Origin: an uncultured Candidatus Saccharibacteria bacterium
GTDB lineage: Bacteria > Patescibacteriota > Minisyncoccia > Phycocordibacterales > UBA1006
Direction: 5' to 3'
DNA: 64,000 nt
Assembly (NCBI GenBank): GCA_964415895.1
Contig: CAYQCC010000003.1
Span: forward strand, 3,053 to 67,052
Part shown: in pieces, positions 25,939 to 36,261 of the stretch
How the letters are laid out: the number at the start of each line of letters is the position of its first letter
Numbering within the stretch: position 1 is the stretch's first letter
Notes under the pieces: model-generated
What the model was told of the DNA's origin: nothing
Database searches by the model: none
The model's input: only the letters and a program-made list of their open reading frames with translations
Program-made: the position numbers and the translations under genes

Positions 25939-27053
25939 TCAAATAATTTTGATGCTTGTTCAGGTTCCGGGCCAATAATCGTATTGTAAAACTGCTCAAG
26001 TAATCGAATCCTATTATTCATTGAATACTTTCCTTGGACATATTTCGCATGACTGTCTTGTTTTGAGGAATTGATTGTTTGTAATATCTTTTCAGCCATA
26101 TCTATAGCATTACCAACCTGAAATGTTGTACCAAGTTTTCCTTGTTCCAGCAATTCTGATAGACCTTCAACGTCAGATGCAACAATAGGAGCACCGACAG
26201 ACAATGCTTCCATAGCCAGATTACACCACGTCTCGGTAAGTGACGGCACGACAACTATTTTTGTTGCGCTTAAATATGATGCGAGTTGTTGATTTTCTAT
26301 ATAATCGACAAGTTCAACATTCGTGAACCCGCTACATTCTATGATTGATGCGACCTGTTGCTTGTCTTGACCATTTCCAATAATTCTAATCGTGAGACTT
26401 GGAATCTTTTGTGTCAGATATGGAATCACTGAAAGCAATACGTGCAATCCCTTCATCCATGAAATTTCACCAACATATGTAAGTGTTACAGGCTTAATAG
26501 ATTCATTGTGTGATAGAAATTGACCCCAATCTTTTGCATTGTAAATTGTTGTGAATTTTTTTGTAACATTTAAAAAATCTAGGCTCGGTTTAAAACAATT
26601 CGAAACAGTTTGAATGGAACATAAATCACTATTCAGATAATCTGAAAACTGATTCAAGAGATTCTCTTTTTCTGATGATTCGAGTGTTGCTAAACGTGAA
26701 AACGGAATATGGTTAATACTTGTACGCAGACAAACAACGTGTTTTTTACCAATTTGGTTAAGGATTCTAAGTGCGTTTATCATGCCATCACGCAAAGAAA
26801 ATGTCGCCTGGATTGATACAATGTCATGATTTGTAATTAGTGAAACAAGACTTTCTTCGGATTCTATATAACAATATTCAATTATAGATTCCGCCGGCAC
26901 AATGACTTTCGAATATGTTTCCGAGGATATTCTTGTAGAAGCAATCGTTACATCATGACCGCGCTTAGAAAGTTCTAATGCATCTAAATTTGTTTGTACT
27001 TCAATACCGCCACCCTCTTTAAAAGGATAGTCGTGAATATATAAAATTTTCAT
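25899..27053 (-). CDS. Glycosyltransferase family 4 (GT-B, retaining)
   Basis: C-terminal 'TETWCNLAMEALSVGAPIVASDVEGLSE' is the EX7E region typical of GT4. Confidence 0.7.
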   Translation of the reverse strand: MKILYIHDYPFKEGGGIEVQTNLDALELSKRGHDVTIASTRISSETYSKVIVPAESIIEYCYIESEESLVSLITNHDIVSIQATFSLRDGMINALRILNQIGKKHVVCLRTSINHIPFSRLATLESSEKENLLNQFSDYLNSDLCSIQTVSNCFKPSLDFLNVTKKFTTIYNAKDWGQFLSHNESIKPVTLTYVGEISWMKGLHVLLSVIPYLTQKIPSLTIRIIGNGQDKQQVASIIECSGFTNVELVDYIENQQLASYLSATKIVVVPSLTETWCNLAMEALSVGAPIVASDVEGLSELLEQGKLGTTFQVGNAIDMAEKILQTINSSKQDSHAKYVQGKYSMNNRIRLLEQFYNTIIGPEPEQASKLFDYENKLIISERSF

Positions 27054-27055
27054 AT

Positions 27056-27769
27056 TTACTCTATTAGTTCTGATAATATTGTGAGCGCATGTGATGTATA
27101 TGATGTCGACCTAACAGGAATAATGCTGTAACACTCTGCGGCTGTTAATTTTTTGCGTGCACCGCGTAGTTGTGCTTTATGAATATCCATATCAATTAAT
27201 GTTCCTAGTCGTTCACGATACGCAAGATTTATAATTCGAGTTTTTTCTGCCAACACGTCAGAGATATCAACATAAAAATCTGGATTATTAATAAGCTCGA
27301 GCCCATCAGCTTCCAATAATACTGAGTCAGTTAGCTTTGGGCCGAGTTCAGAAAACGAAGACCTGCATGCAATTTCAAATGCTTTCTTGACTGAGTTATG
27401 AACAACCTGATGTTCGTCGTGGTAATCATTATTCATGTGTGTCACAACAACAGAAGGTCGTAGTTTTCGTAATGTTGTAAGAATCTCTAATACCAGATTT
27501 TCATTTTCAACCAGCTGCGTATTGGGATTTCGGAGAATACGTGCTGACATTACTCCGATTGCATTGCAGTAGGTTTCAAATTCAAGATTTCTTTCAGTAA
27601 TCATGTGTTGCTGATCACTTACAACTTCTGCTGTATTTGGTTTTCCATTTTTTCCTTCGCTACATATTAAAATATGAGTTTCAAAGCCTTTTTGCTTTGC
27701 TTTTAAAAATAATCCTGTCGCCAATGTTTCGTCGTCAGGATGCGCACCAATAAATAATAATGATTTCAT
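27056..27769 (-). CDS. PIG-L/LmbE-family N-acetylglucosaminyl deacetylase (start likely at internal Met MKSLLFIGAHPDDE)
   Basis: 'GAHPDDE' zinc-binding motif; listed ORF extends to 27847. Confidence 0.65.
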   Translation of the reverse strand: MKSLLFIGAHPDDETLATGLFLKAKQKGFETHILICSEGKNGKPNTAEVVSDQQHMITERNLEFETYCNAIGVMSARILRNPNTQLVENENLVLEILTTLRKLRPSVVVTHMNNDYHDEHQVVHNSVKKAFEIACRSSFSELGPKLTDSVLLEADGLELINNPDFYVDISDVLAEKTRIINLAYRERLGTLIDMDIHKAQLRGARKKLTAAECYSIIPVRSTSYTSHALTILSELIE

Positions 27770-27833
27770 AATGTTTAAAATTAAACAGGTCAGTGATAAA
27801 AGTGGTCTTGCCTGTAATGACAAGACCGATGTG

Positions 27834-28781
27834 CTACGTACATGCAATAACCGTATCGCCGCGCGAGAATGGCGGCTCGATTAAAATAGTGCTTGCACTG
27901 ATAAACGAATCAGATAATGGTTCGTTTACGTAAATTCTTTTTGCGACAATTAATTGATCCTTGAAATTCTCTGCGCATTGCTTTAATGTGCCTCGCGCAT
28001 TTGAATAATCACGAAGAGTAATTGCAGTGCGTGGATTCGCAGCCAGATACTGGGCGTACAATCTAAAGGCGGCTTTTCCATTAATTCTTGCGCCAAGGAT
28101 TCTCTGCAGTTGCGCGAGTTCAGATTCTGCCAATAACTGTAATATCTTTTCAGAATATCCAGGTATTGGTTGTGCAATGTGACTTTTAGTGAGAACCCAT
28201 CCATTTACAGATTGTGAGGACTTACGAACGTACACCATTACTTCTTTTCCCTTTTCTTTTGAAAGAATGGGGCAAGTAAAATTAATAATGGACTCATCTT
28301 CACGTGCACCAACCAAAAGATGCTGAATTGTGAATCCTGCGTGTGGACCATACGAAAATTCGATTCTGGAAATATCTGGAATATCACCTAATAACGTTTG
28401 ATAGTTCAGAATTTTTTCCTTACGGACATCAGTAATACGATTTCCATGTTCTAACATCATGAACGGACGAAGATGTACTGGAATATCCATACCCAAAATT
28501 TCACATACTTCATCCGACGCTTTTCCAAGCATACCGTTGGTATAACTTCCAATCGTGCCAGCATACCAATGGTCAACAATTAATTTCTTGGTGCCAAGAA
28601 ATCTTAACAACCAAGCTGTTTCAAATAACTCTTGGTCATTATTACCTGGTACAGGAGTACCGCAACTCATTGCGTAAATTGTTTGAGCTGCATCAAATCG
28701 GGCAACGGACGTTTCAAATGAAATACCTGCCTCTGTAAATCCACCCAGTGGATCAATGTTGTTGTTTACAAAAAATTCCAT
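27834..28781 (-). CDS. Hypothetical protein, 315 aa, co-oriented with GT4 and LmbE-like genes
   Basis: ORF track; no motif recognised. Confidence 0.4.
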   Translation of the reverse strand: MEFFVNNNIDPLGGFTEAGISFETSVARFDAAQTIYAMSCGTPVPGNNDQELFETAWLLRFLGTKKLIVDHWYAGTIGSYTNGMLGKASDEVCEILGMDIPVHLRPFMMLEHGNRITDVRKEKILNYQTLLGDIPDISRIEFSYGPHAGFTIQHLLVGAREDESIINFTCPILSKEKGKEVMVYVRKSSQSVNGWVLTKSHIAQPIPGYSEKILQLLAESELAQLQRILGARINGKAAFRLYAQYLAANPRTAITLRDYSNARGTLKQCAENFKDQLIVAKRIYVNEPLSDSFISASTILIEPPFSRGDTVIACT

Positions 28782-29057
28782 AAATATTTGGTTTTAAAAT
28801 GAACAAAACTGCATTATGGTATACAAATAAACCCCTTTGATGATTCAAAGGGGTTTATCGTCCGAGGAGGTTGTATGAAAAAAAATACAACAATTTACTG
28901 GATAACGACAAAACTCTTTGAACCATTGTTCAAAGGACAGAAGTGTCGATACCATGAAATTTGTTGAATTTTAATTAAATTCATACCGTACGTATAACAT
29001 ATGTATAAAATAAATGCAATTACCAACAAAAAAACACTCTCGTGTTTTTTTGTTGGT

Positions 29058-29492
29058 TTATTTTTTTCTGTGATTGTCCATCTTAGGTAATCGTTTATCA
29101 GTAGGCCCTTGTTCTGATAACAAAACATTTCGGATTTGTTCCTTGGTAAGATTGTGACTCTTTAATATTTCTGGCATTGATTTTCCTGCGTCAATTTCTG
29201 ATTGAATACCAGATACCGTCACACCAAGTTTCGTCGCAATATTTGCAATTTGCGTATTAGTCAATTTATGATGACTATTTCCAATTCCAGTTTCTGCGAG
29301 GGTTGATCGAATCGCACTCATCGTAATGTTGTGAGACCTCAAGACGTCTTTCACAGGTGTTCCTGCGTTGATTTCAGACTTTATCTTGGTAACTTCGTCG
29401 CTATTTAATTGTAATGTTGATGCAAATGCTGTGTTTGAAAGCAGCAGCATAAGTACCAATAATCCACCGGTAATAAAGGCTTTTTTTCGCAT
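29058..29492 (-). CDS. Secreted small protein (signal peptide; duplicated ~35-aa helical repeats)
   Basis: 'MRKKAFITGGLLVLMLLLSNTAFA' signal; internal repeat '...NITMSAIRSTL...' / '...NLTKEQIRNVL...'. Confidence 0.45.
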   Translation of the reverse strand: MRKKAFITGGLLVLMLLLSNTAFASTLQLNSDEVTKIKSEINAGTPVKDVLRSHNITMSAIRSTLAETGIGNSHHKLTNTQIANIATKLGVTVSGIQSEIDAGKSMPEILKSHNLTKEQIRNVLLSEQGPTDKRLPKMDNHRKK

Positions 29493-29642
29493 AATAATAA
29501 AATATAGTAATTAAAGAACTTGATAAAAATGATTCAAAATAATAAGCATTAATGAGAGATCACGACTGTGATCTCTCTGATAGATTATACGCGACAAATC
29601 AATTTCTGGTGCGAATGTTCCACACTATGGTATGGTTACAAC

Positions 29643-30209
29643 ATGGAAATAACTGACGCACAATTGGTTGAGCAAACGATGCTTGGTGATCAAGGGTCTT
29701 TTGACGAACTTGTGCGCAGATATACAAAACAGATCTATAATTTCAGTTTCAGACTCACAGGAACTATTGAATCAGCTGAAGACATTACACAGGAAACATT
29801 TATTAAGGTTTGGAAGAACTTGAAAAAATACGATTCCAATCAAAACTTTCGTCCGTGGATATTCACTATCGCGCGAAATACTGCCACTGACTGGTTGCGT
29901 AAGAAGAAAAATATATCGTTCTCGCAGTTATCGCATGATGATATGCAGTTCGAGGATTCCGTTTCAGATACAAATGCGGATATTGAGAAAGATATTAGTC
30001 AGATTGAGAATGCTGATCTTGCTAAAAAACTATTGAGCGAGCTTTCGCCAGATTATAAATCAGTTCTAGTTCTGCACTATACGGAAAGTATGACATTTGA
30101 TGAAATTGGAACTATTTTAAATAAACCTCTTAATACTGTAAAAAGTTGGCATCGGCGCGCACTGCTACAACTACGAAAAATGGCATTGAGCAAAAACCCT
30201 TTTAATTAA
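29643..30209 (+). CDS. ECF-type RNA polymerase sigma-70 factor (regions 2 and 4)
   Basis: 'DELVRRYTKQIYNFSFRLTG' (region 2), C-terminal HTH 'MTFDEIGTILNKPLNTVKSWHRRALLQLR' (region 4); start chosen at internal Met of listed ORF. Confidence 0.75.
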   Translation: MEITDAQLVEQTMLGDQGSFDELVRRYTKQIYNFSFRLTGTIESAEDITQETFIKVWKNLKKYDSNQNFRPWIFTIARNTATDWLRKKKNISFSQLSHDDMQFEDSVSDTNADIEKDISQIENADLAKKLLSELSPDYKSVLVLHYTESMTFDEIGTILNKPLNTVKSWHRRALLQLRKMALSKNPFN

Positions 30210-30249
30210 TAAGTGCACCAAAAACCCTTAATCTAACGTATCTATCTAT

Positions 30250-30663
30250 ATGAATCGCGACCATACTACTATTAATAAACTATTCCAAGACCTTGAATCG
30301 CCTCGAGTTGATTTAGAGAATCAAATTATCAAGGCCATTCACAAGCGAATCTACCGCGCACTCCTTATCAGACGAAGCGTTCTGGCAGTTGCAACAACCC
30401 TATCAATTGTCGCAATCGTTCCAGCTGTATCGCACCTGTTGGCTCAGTTATCACAAACTGGATTTGCCCAATATGCTTCGCTTGCATTCTCTGATGGTGC
30501 TGCAATTTGGACCAACGCAAAAGACTTCGGATTATTACTTGCAGAATCACTACCTGTTATGAGCGTCGTACTCGTGTTTACTATTGTACTTGTCATGACA
30601 TGGTCAATCAGAAAACTTATCCAAAAACCATTATCAATTTCTTCGTTTGCTGCGCAAATGTAA
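30250..30663 (+). CDS. Putative anti-sigma factor (single-pass membrane protein)
   Basis: Immediately downstream of ECF sigma; central TM helix. Confidence 0.45.
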   Translation: MNRDHTTINKLFQDLESPRVDLENQIIKAIHKRIYRALLIRRSVLAVATTLSIVAIVPAVSHLLAQLSQTGFAQYASLAFSDGAAIWTNAKDFGLLLAESLPVMSVVLVFTIVLVMTWSIRKLIQKPLSISSFAAQM

Positions 30664-30678
30664 TTCTAAAATAATTCT

Positions 30679-31179
30679 ATGGAAAAAACATTTCAACAAT
30701 TACACACTGCTGTTAAGGATTCGCTCGTAGATAAAGCAACAAAACGGATTACAACTTTGATTGTTGCGCTGATTCTTGCGCTCATCATATTCCAAGCAGG
30801 CGTCACGGTTGGTTTTCGAAAAGCTCATTTTGTAAAATCTTGGAACGATAATTATTTTAAAAATTTTGGGCCACATAAAAAAGGGTTTCCTGTTCCTATG
30901 CCAGGACAATTTCCAAATGCACATGGAACGATCGGAAAGATTATCAGCGTAAATTTCCCAACATTCATCGTTGAAGATCGTGATAAAACAGAAAAGATTA
31001 TTACGCTAGCTGATACTACGAAGATTCGAAAAATGGATAATGATGGCATACAAGCAGACCTATCGATTGATACATACGTCGTAGTTGTCGGAGATCCAAA
31101 TGATCAAGGTCAAATTAACGCAAAATTTATTCGTATCATACCAGCACCACCAACTCAATCCGAGTCAAGAATTCAATAA
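30679..31179 (+). CDS. Membrane-anchored hypothetical protein
   Basis: N-terminal TM 'ITTLIVALILALIIFQAGV'. Confidence 0.4.
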   Translation: MEKTFQQLHTAVKDSLVDKATKRITTLIVALILALIIFQAGVTVGFRKAHFVKSWNDNYFKNFGPHKKGFPVPMPGQFPNAHGTIGKIISVNFPTFIVEDRDKTEKIITLADTTKIRKMDNDGIQADLSIDTYVVVVGDPNDQGQINAKFIRIIPAPPTQSESRIQ

Positions 31180-31182
31180 TAT

Positions 31183-32715
31183 ATGAAACTATTTCTTCAA
31201 AAAATTAAATTATGGATTCCAACTCATAAAAAGACAACGGCTTTTATTGCCGTTGTCGCAATCGCATTAATTGTGATTCTTGTGAAAACGTTGAAATCAA
31301 ATGACGCAAATACAACCTATGTATTAGGAACCGCATCAAAAGGGACCGTCGTATCAACCGTAACAGGAACGGGCCAAGTATCATCCTCAAACGAACTTGC
31401 TATCACACCAAAAGCATCCGGTACTGTAACATTTGTTCGCGTAAAGTCAGGCGACAAAGTAAAAAAAGGTCAGCAATTGTTTTCAATCGATGCAACTGAC
31501 GCACAAAAAAGTGTTCGTGATGCTCAACTGAATTTAAACTCGGCTTTGGCTGAACAGAAAAAATCAACATCAGGCTATCAAACAGCGATTGATAACGCAT
31601 ATGCAACATTATTGAGTTCTGGATTACAAGCAGCAGCAGCCAACAATCTAACACAAAACTATGCAGCACCAACGATTTCAGGAAATTATACGCTTGGCAA
31701 AGAAGGCGTCATTACACTTGAAACATATGAATCAACAGGAGGGATTTCTTTCAAAGCTACAGGGCTCGCAACAGGAACAGGACTTGTAAGCTCAACCACA
31801 TCACAACCAATTGGAGATTCGGGATTATTTATTACGTTTCCATCTGCATCTATCGCAGGAAAACAATTATGGACAATTTCTATTCCAAACAAAAATTCAT
31901 CGAACTACATTTCTAATTACAATAATTACCAAACGGCTTTGAAAAATAAAACTGATGCGCAAGATCCGAATGACACGTCAGCACTTTCGATTCAGTCAAA
32001 ACGCAATGCACTTGCCGATGCGCGACAAAATCTTTCAAACTATTACGTAACGGCACCATTCGACGGAGTGATCGCAAGTGTACCAGTGGAAGTTGGCGAC
32101 AATGCATCGTCTGCAACTACGCTTGGTACGTTAATCACAACAGATAATGTGGTGACTGTTTCGTTGAACGAGGTAGACATTGCAAAGGTAAAAATCGGAC
32201 AAAAAGCGACGATGACATTCGATGCCATTACCGATCTTGAAATGACTGGAAAAATTGCGTCAGTAGATTTATTGGGAACCGTGACATCGGGTGTTGTAAA
32301 TTACAACGTGGAGATCTCATTTGATACTAACGATGAACGAATTAAATCTGGAATGTCAGCAAACGTAACAATCGCAACTAATGTTGCGCAGGATGTGATC
32401 GTCATTCCAAATGCTGCAGTGAAAACTGCTAATGGATCATCATACGTTCAAATTGCTCCACTTGGAAGTGATGCCACAACGACTACAGGAATCGAGCTTC
32501 AAGAAATGCCAGAACGTGTAACCGTCGAGAAAGGAATTTCAGACGATACGTACACGGAAATTAAGTCAGGACTTTCAGAGGGTGATATTATTGTTACAAA
32601 GACAATCACAGCAAGCACTGCAAAAACCACAACTGCTTCTGCGCCAAGTTTACTAGGTGGCGGAACAGGACGAACAACAACGGGTGGAAATGCTACGCGA
32701 GCGTTAGGAAGATAA
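31183..32715 (+). CDS. Efflux periplasmic adaptor (HlyD/MacA-like membrane fusion protein) with long Thr/Ser-rich C-terminus
   Basis: N-terminal TM, biotin-lipoyl-like 'VRVKSGDKVKKGQQLFSID', beta-barrel 'YVTAPFDGVIASV'. Confidence 0.65.
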   Translation: MKLFLQKIKLWIPTHKKTTAFIAVVAIALIVILVKTLKSNDANTTYVLGTASKGTVVSTVTGTGQVSSSNELAITPKASGTVTFVRVKSGDKVKKGQQLFSIDATDAQKSVRDAQLNLNSALAEQKKSTSGYQTAIDNAYATLLSSGLQAAAANNLTQNYAAPTISGNYTLGKEGVITLETYESTGGISFKATGLATGTGLVSSTTSQPIGDSGLFITFPSASIAGKQLWTISIPNKNSSNYISNYNNYQTALKNKTDAQDPNDTSALSIQSKRNALADARQNLSNYYVTAPFDGVIASVPVEVGDNASSATTLGTLITTDNVVTVSLNEVDIAKVKIGQKATMTFDAITDLEMTGKIASVDLLGTVTSGVVNYNVEISFDTNDERIKSGMSANVTIATNVAQDVIVIPNAAVKTANGSSYVQIAPLGSDATTTTGIELQEMPERVTVEKGISDDTYTEIKSGLSEGDIIVTKTITASTAKTTTASAPSLLGGGTGRTTTGGNATRALGR

Positions 32716-32719
32716 TTTT

Positions 32720-33424
32720 ATGATTGAAATAAAAAACATCACAAAAACATATTCATCTGGAAGTGATAATGAATTTCAGGCATTAAAAGGCGTTTCGTTT
32801 ACCATAAACGACGGCGAGTTTGTCGCGATCATGGGACCGTCTGGTTCGGGTAAATCGACACTCATGCACATCCTTGGATGTTTGGACACGCCGACATCGG
32901 GAACATATCATTTGGACAAGAAAGATGTTTCAAAAATGAGCGACGATGACCTTGCAGAAATACGCAGGGATAATATCGGATTTGTATTCCAATCATTCAA
33001 CCTGCTACCACGAACAACAGTACTTCAAAACGTAATGCTGCCATTGGTTTACGCAGATGTTGATGAGAAAGAACGAGAAAAGCGCGCACGGAAAGCATTG
33101 GAGTCTGCTGGTATGCAGGAAACTCATTTCGACCACAAGTCGAACCAACTATCCGGAGGACAAATTCAACGTGTTGCGATTGCGCGAGCATTAGTAAATA
33201 ATCCAACGATGATTCTGGCGGATGAACCGACAGGAAACCTAGATACTAAAACAGGTGAAATTGTACTTGGAACATTCCAACAATTAAACCGCGAACACGG
33301 ACGAACCATTGTCTTGATCACCCATGAACCCGATGTTGCAGAACATGCGGATCGTATCATTACGATCCGTGATGGAGTTATTGTGAGTGATGACAAGAGT
33401 CATGCGAAACGAAAAGTAAAATAA
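32720..33424 (+). CDS. ABC transporter ATP-binding protein, MacB/LolD family
   Basis: 'GPSGSGKST', 'LSGGQIQRVAIARAL', 'ILADEPTGNLD'. Confidence 0.85.
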   Translation: MIEIKNITKTYSSGSDNEFQALKGVSFTINDGEFVAIMGPSGSGKSTLMHILGCLDTPTSGTYHLDKKDVSKMSDDDLAEIRRDNIGFVFQSFNLLPRTTVLQNVMLPLVYADVDEKEREKRARKALESAGMQETHFDHKSNQLSGGQIQRVAIARALVNNPTMILADEPTGNLDTKTGEIVLGTFQQLNREHGRTIVLITHEPDVAEHADRIITIRDGVIVSDDKSHAKRKVK

Positions 33425-33442
33425 AAACACCAAACGGTGTTT

Positions 33443-33853
33443 TTATTTTATAATTTCTAGATCTTTAGCATCTTGTTTCAAAGAAATAAGATTATTTTTA
33501 TCCCACCAGGTCTTGAACCTTGTAATTAATTCTTTCGAAACAATTCCTGCTGCATATACACCAGTAACACTTGATACAATAGGGTGACGTTCATAATTAG
33601 CATATGAAAGCATAATAGTTACAATGCTTGCACAAAACGCAATTAAGGCACCATATTTTATTACTGAAAGTTCATGTGTTTTTGTAGTAATTAATTCGTC
33701 TAATTTATTAATACCACCAAGAGCATTTATTTTTTGTTTTATTATTTCTATCTTTTTAAGAAATTTTTGACGTTCCTTGGAAACAAACTCTTCTTTTGTT
33801 TCAACGGGGTTTATAGCTTTTGGTTCGTGGGAGAAATTTGGTACAGGGTTCAT
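33443..33853 (-). CDS. Hypothetical membrane protein, 136 aa
   Basis: ORF track; TM 'GALIAFCASIVTIMLSY'. Confidence 0.4.
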   Translation of the reverse strand: MNPVPNFSHEPKAINPVETKEEFVSKERQKFLKKIEIIKQKINALGGINKLDELITTKTHELSVIKYGALIAFCASIVTIMLSYANYERHPIVSSVTGVYAAGIVSKELITRFKTWWDKNNLISLKQDAKDLEIIK

Positions 33854-33867
33854 AAGATTATTATATA

Positions 33868-34080
33868 TTATTCTGATACGTTATCTTTTTCAATGGAATT
33901 AATTATATCTTCTAAGGCGTCAGCTCCTTTGTTTAAAGCTTGAAGAAGACTAATTTCCTCATCAGTAGTGATAGTGTCGTTGCCAGCTTTTTCTAACAAT
34001 TCTTTAAGTTCTTGTTCTGTCATAATAATTAAAGTATACCGTAACCTCCACGAAATACAACTAATGTACTTTTGCACCAA
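33868..34080 (-). CDS. Small acidic hypothetical protein
   Basis: ORF track; likely starts at internal MTEQELKELL. Confidence 0.3.
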   Translation of the reverse strand: MVQKYISCISWRLRYTLIIMTEQELKELLEKAGNDTITTDEEISLLQALNKGADALEDIINSIEKDNVSE

Positions 34081-34109
34081 AAACCTTTATTTTCACGTAT
34101 AATAATCAT

Positions 34110-35330
34110 ATGACAACACTCGATATTCTCCATGAAACATATAGCGCACTAACCGCCAACAAGGTCCGAACGGGCCTTACTATGCTCGGAATCATCATTG
34201 GTATCAGTTCAGTGATCGCTATGGTTTCAATCGGAAACGGCGCGAAAGGAACGATCCAATCAAGCATCGAATCAATTGGTTCAAACCTTGTGATGGTTAC
34301 ACCTGGCGCTGCACGAAGTTTTGGTGGGCCAAGCGGCGGACGTGGAAACGCGCAGACATTAACTGTTGAAGACGCGGAAGCAATTCAAAGCACTGTTGAA
34401 AATATTTCTGGCGTTGCGTTCGTTGTGTCATCACGACAGCAGGTTGCAGCAACTGGAACCAACACTAACACAAGCATTGTCGGAACCAATGTTGATTATG
34501 CAACTGTGCGAAACGTGACAGTTGAAGATGGCGAATTTTTGAGTGATGCAAATGTGCAATCAGCCGCAAAAATTGCTGTGATTGGACCCACAACGAGCAC
34601 CGATTTGTTTGGTGAAGATGGACAAGCAATTGGTCAGACGATTCGTATCAAAGGTGCGCAATACAAAGTGATTGGTGTAACAAAATCAAAAGGTGGTTCA
34701 GGATTCAGCAACGCAGACGACACAATCTATATTCCCTACACAGCAGCGCAACGCTATCTAACAGGAAATAAATATCTGACAGAGATTGATATTTCAGCGA
34801 GCGATCCAGATGTCACAACTCAAGTTCAAACAGATGCCACAGACTTGTTGATGACTCGACACAATATTACTGATGCAACCAAAGCTGATTTTTCAATTTT
34901 GAATCAATCAGACATCTTAGCAACTGCATCAAGTGTTACAGGCACGTTCACCATATTGCTTGCAGCAGTGGCTGGAATATCTCTTGTTGTCGGCGGAATC
35001 GGAATTATGAATATGATGCTCACAACGGTTACTGAACGAACGCGGGAAATCGGACTACGAAAAGCTATTGGTGCGAAGAAGGGCGACATCAACAAGCAAT
35101 TTCTCTTTGAATCCGTGATGCTTACATTTTCAGGCGGTGTCATTGGAGTAATACTTGGCTGGGCGATATCGTTTACAGTGACAAAACTTGGCATACTGCA
35201 AACCAGCGTTACGTGGTCATCAGTGCTGCTCGCGTTCGGCGTATCTGCGTTCATTGGAGTCGTATTTGGATACTATCCAGCACGACGCGCATCAAATCTG
35301 AATCCGATTGATGCATTGCGATTTGAGTAA
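34110..35330 (+). CDS. ABC transporter permease, MacB/FtsX family
   Basis: N-terminal TM plus periplasmic domain plus C-terminal FtsX-like 3-TM bundle; 406 aa. Confidence 0.8.
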   Translation: MTTLDILHETYSALTANKVRTGLTMLGIIIGISSVIAMVSIGNGAKGTIQSSIESIGSNLVMVTPGAARSFGGPSGGRGNAQTLTVEDAEAIQSTVENISGVAFVVSSRQQVAATGTNTNTSIVGTNVDYATVRNVTVEDGEFLSDANVQSAAKIAVIGPTTSTDLFGEDGQAIGQTIRIKGAQYKVIGVTKSKGGSGFSNADDTIYIPYTAAQRYLTGNKYLTEIDISASDPDVTTQVQTDATDLLMTRHNITDATKADFSILNQSDILATASSVTGTFTILLAAVAGISLVVGGIGIMNMMLTTVTERTREIGLRKAIGAKKGDINKQFLFESVMLTFSGGVIGVILGWAISFTVTKLGILQTSVTWSSVLLAFGVSAFIGVVFGYYPARRASNLNPIDALRFE

Positions 35331-35701
35331 TCAAGATCCTCGAAAGAGGATCTTTGTAATAAAAAAGCCGTCCTAAGTGTGCGGCTAAATTTCAATAATA
35401 AATTGTTGGAACATTGGATTAATCGTCTTCCTCTTCGGCTAACTGACTTTTTGCGTCTGCAGTACGAATATTATTCTCTACCTTGCCTGCCTTATTTTGA
35501 GTATTTTCTTTTTCTGGCTGTTCCGTTGTTTGCGACTTGTTTGTGTCGTCTTTTTCACCATTTGGCATGTCTTTTTTTTAAATTGTTATCAATACTATAA
35601 ATTTGATATTACCTTCTATTCTAAGCAAGTCAATATGCACCAAAAACCCTCTCCTTTCCCGTACTAAAAAGTGTTAGTAATTAATTTTAAATTTTATAAT
35701 T

Positions 35702-36184
35702 ATGTCAAAAGACTTAAAGGTTAAGGCAATCATTGGAGGAATCATCGTTGCTATCGTTTTCTTTGGAATAGGAATGGCTGCAGGGCGTCACAGCGGAAAG
35801 CGCGGACAGATGAACCGAATGGGTGATCGTTCAGGTATGATGCAAGGCGGAAGTTTCCAAGGCGGTATGCCAAATGGTGCACAAGGTGGACGCATGGGTG
35901 GAATGAATCGTGGTGGTGGATTCGCATCTGGTGAGATTATTTCATCAGATGACAAAAGCATCACAATTAAATTACAAGATGGTGGATCAAAAGTGATTTA
36001 CTTAACAGATACCACGCCTGTTATGAAATCAACTTCTGTTGCAAAATCAGATCTTGCAACAGGAATAACTGTTACTGTGAATGGAACATCAAATGCTGAT
36101 GGATCAATTGCAGCACAGTCTGTACAAATCAGGCCAGCTGGTATAGCAGTACCAATGGGACAGGCCACACAACCAAAGCAATAA
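35702..36184 (+). CDS. Gly/Met-rich secreted or membrane-anchored protein
   Basis: N-terminal TM; 'GGMPNGAQGGRMGGMNRGGG' low-complexity. Confidence 0.4.
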   Translation: MSKDLKVKAIIGGIIVAIVFFGIGMAAGRHSGKRGQMNRMGDRSGMMQGGSFQGGMPNGAQGGRMGGMNRGGGFASGEIISSDDKSITIKLQDGGSKVIYLTDTTPVMKSTSVAKSDLATGITVTVNGTSNADGSIAAQSVQIRPAGIAVPMGQATQPKQ

Positions 36185-36261
36185 TACATTATTAAAACTC
36201 GAATAACATTCGGGTTTTAATGTTGCTGTTTAAAAAATATTCAAAGTGATATACTTATCAC

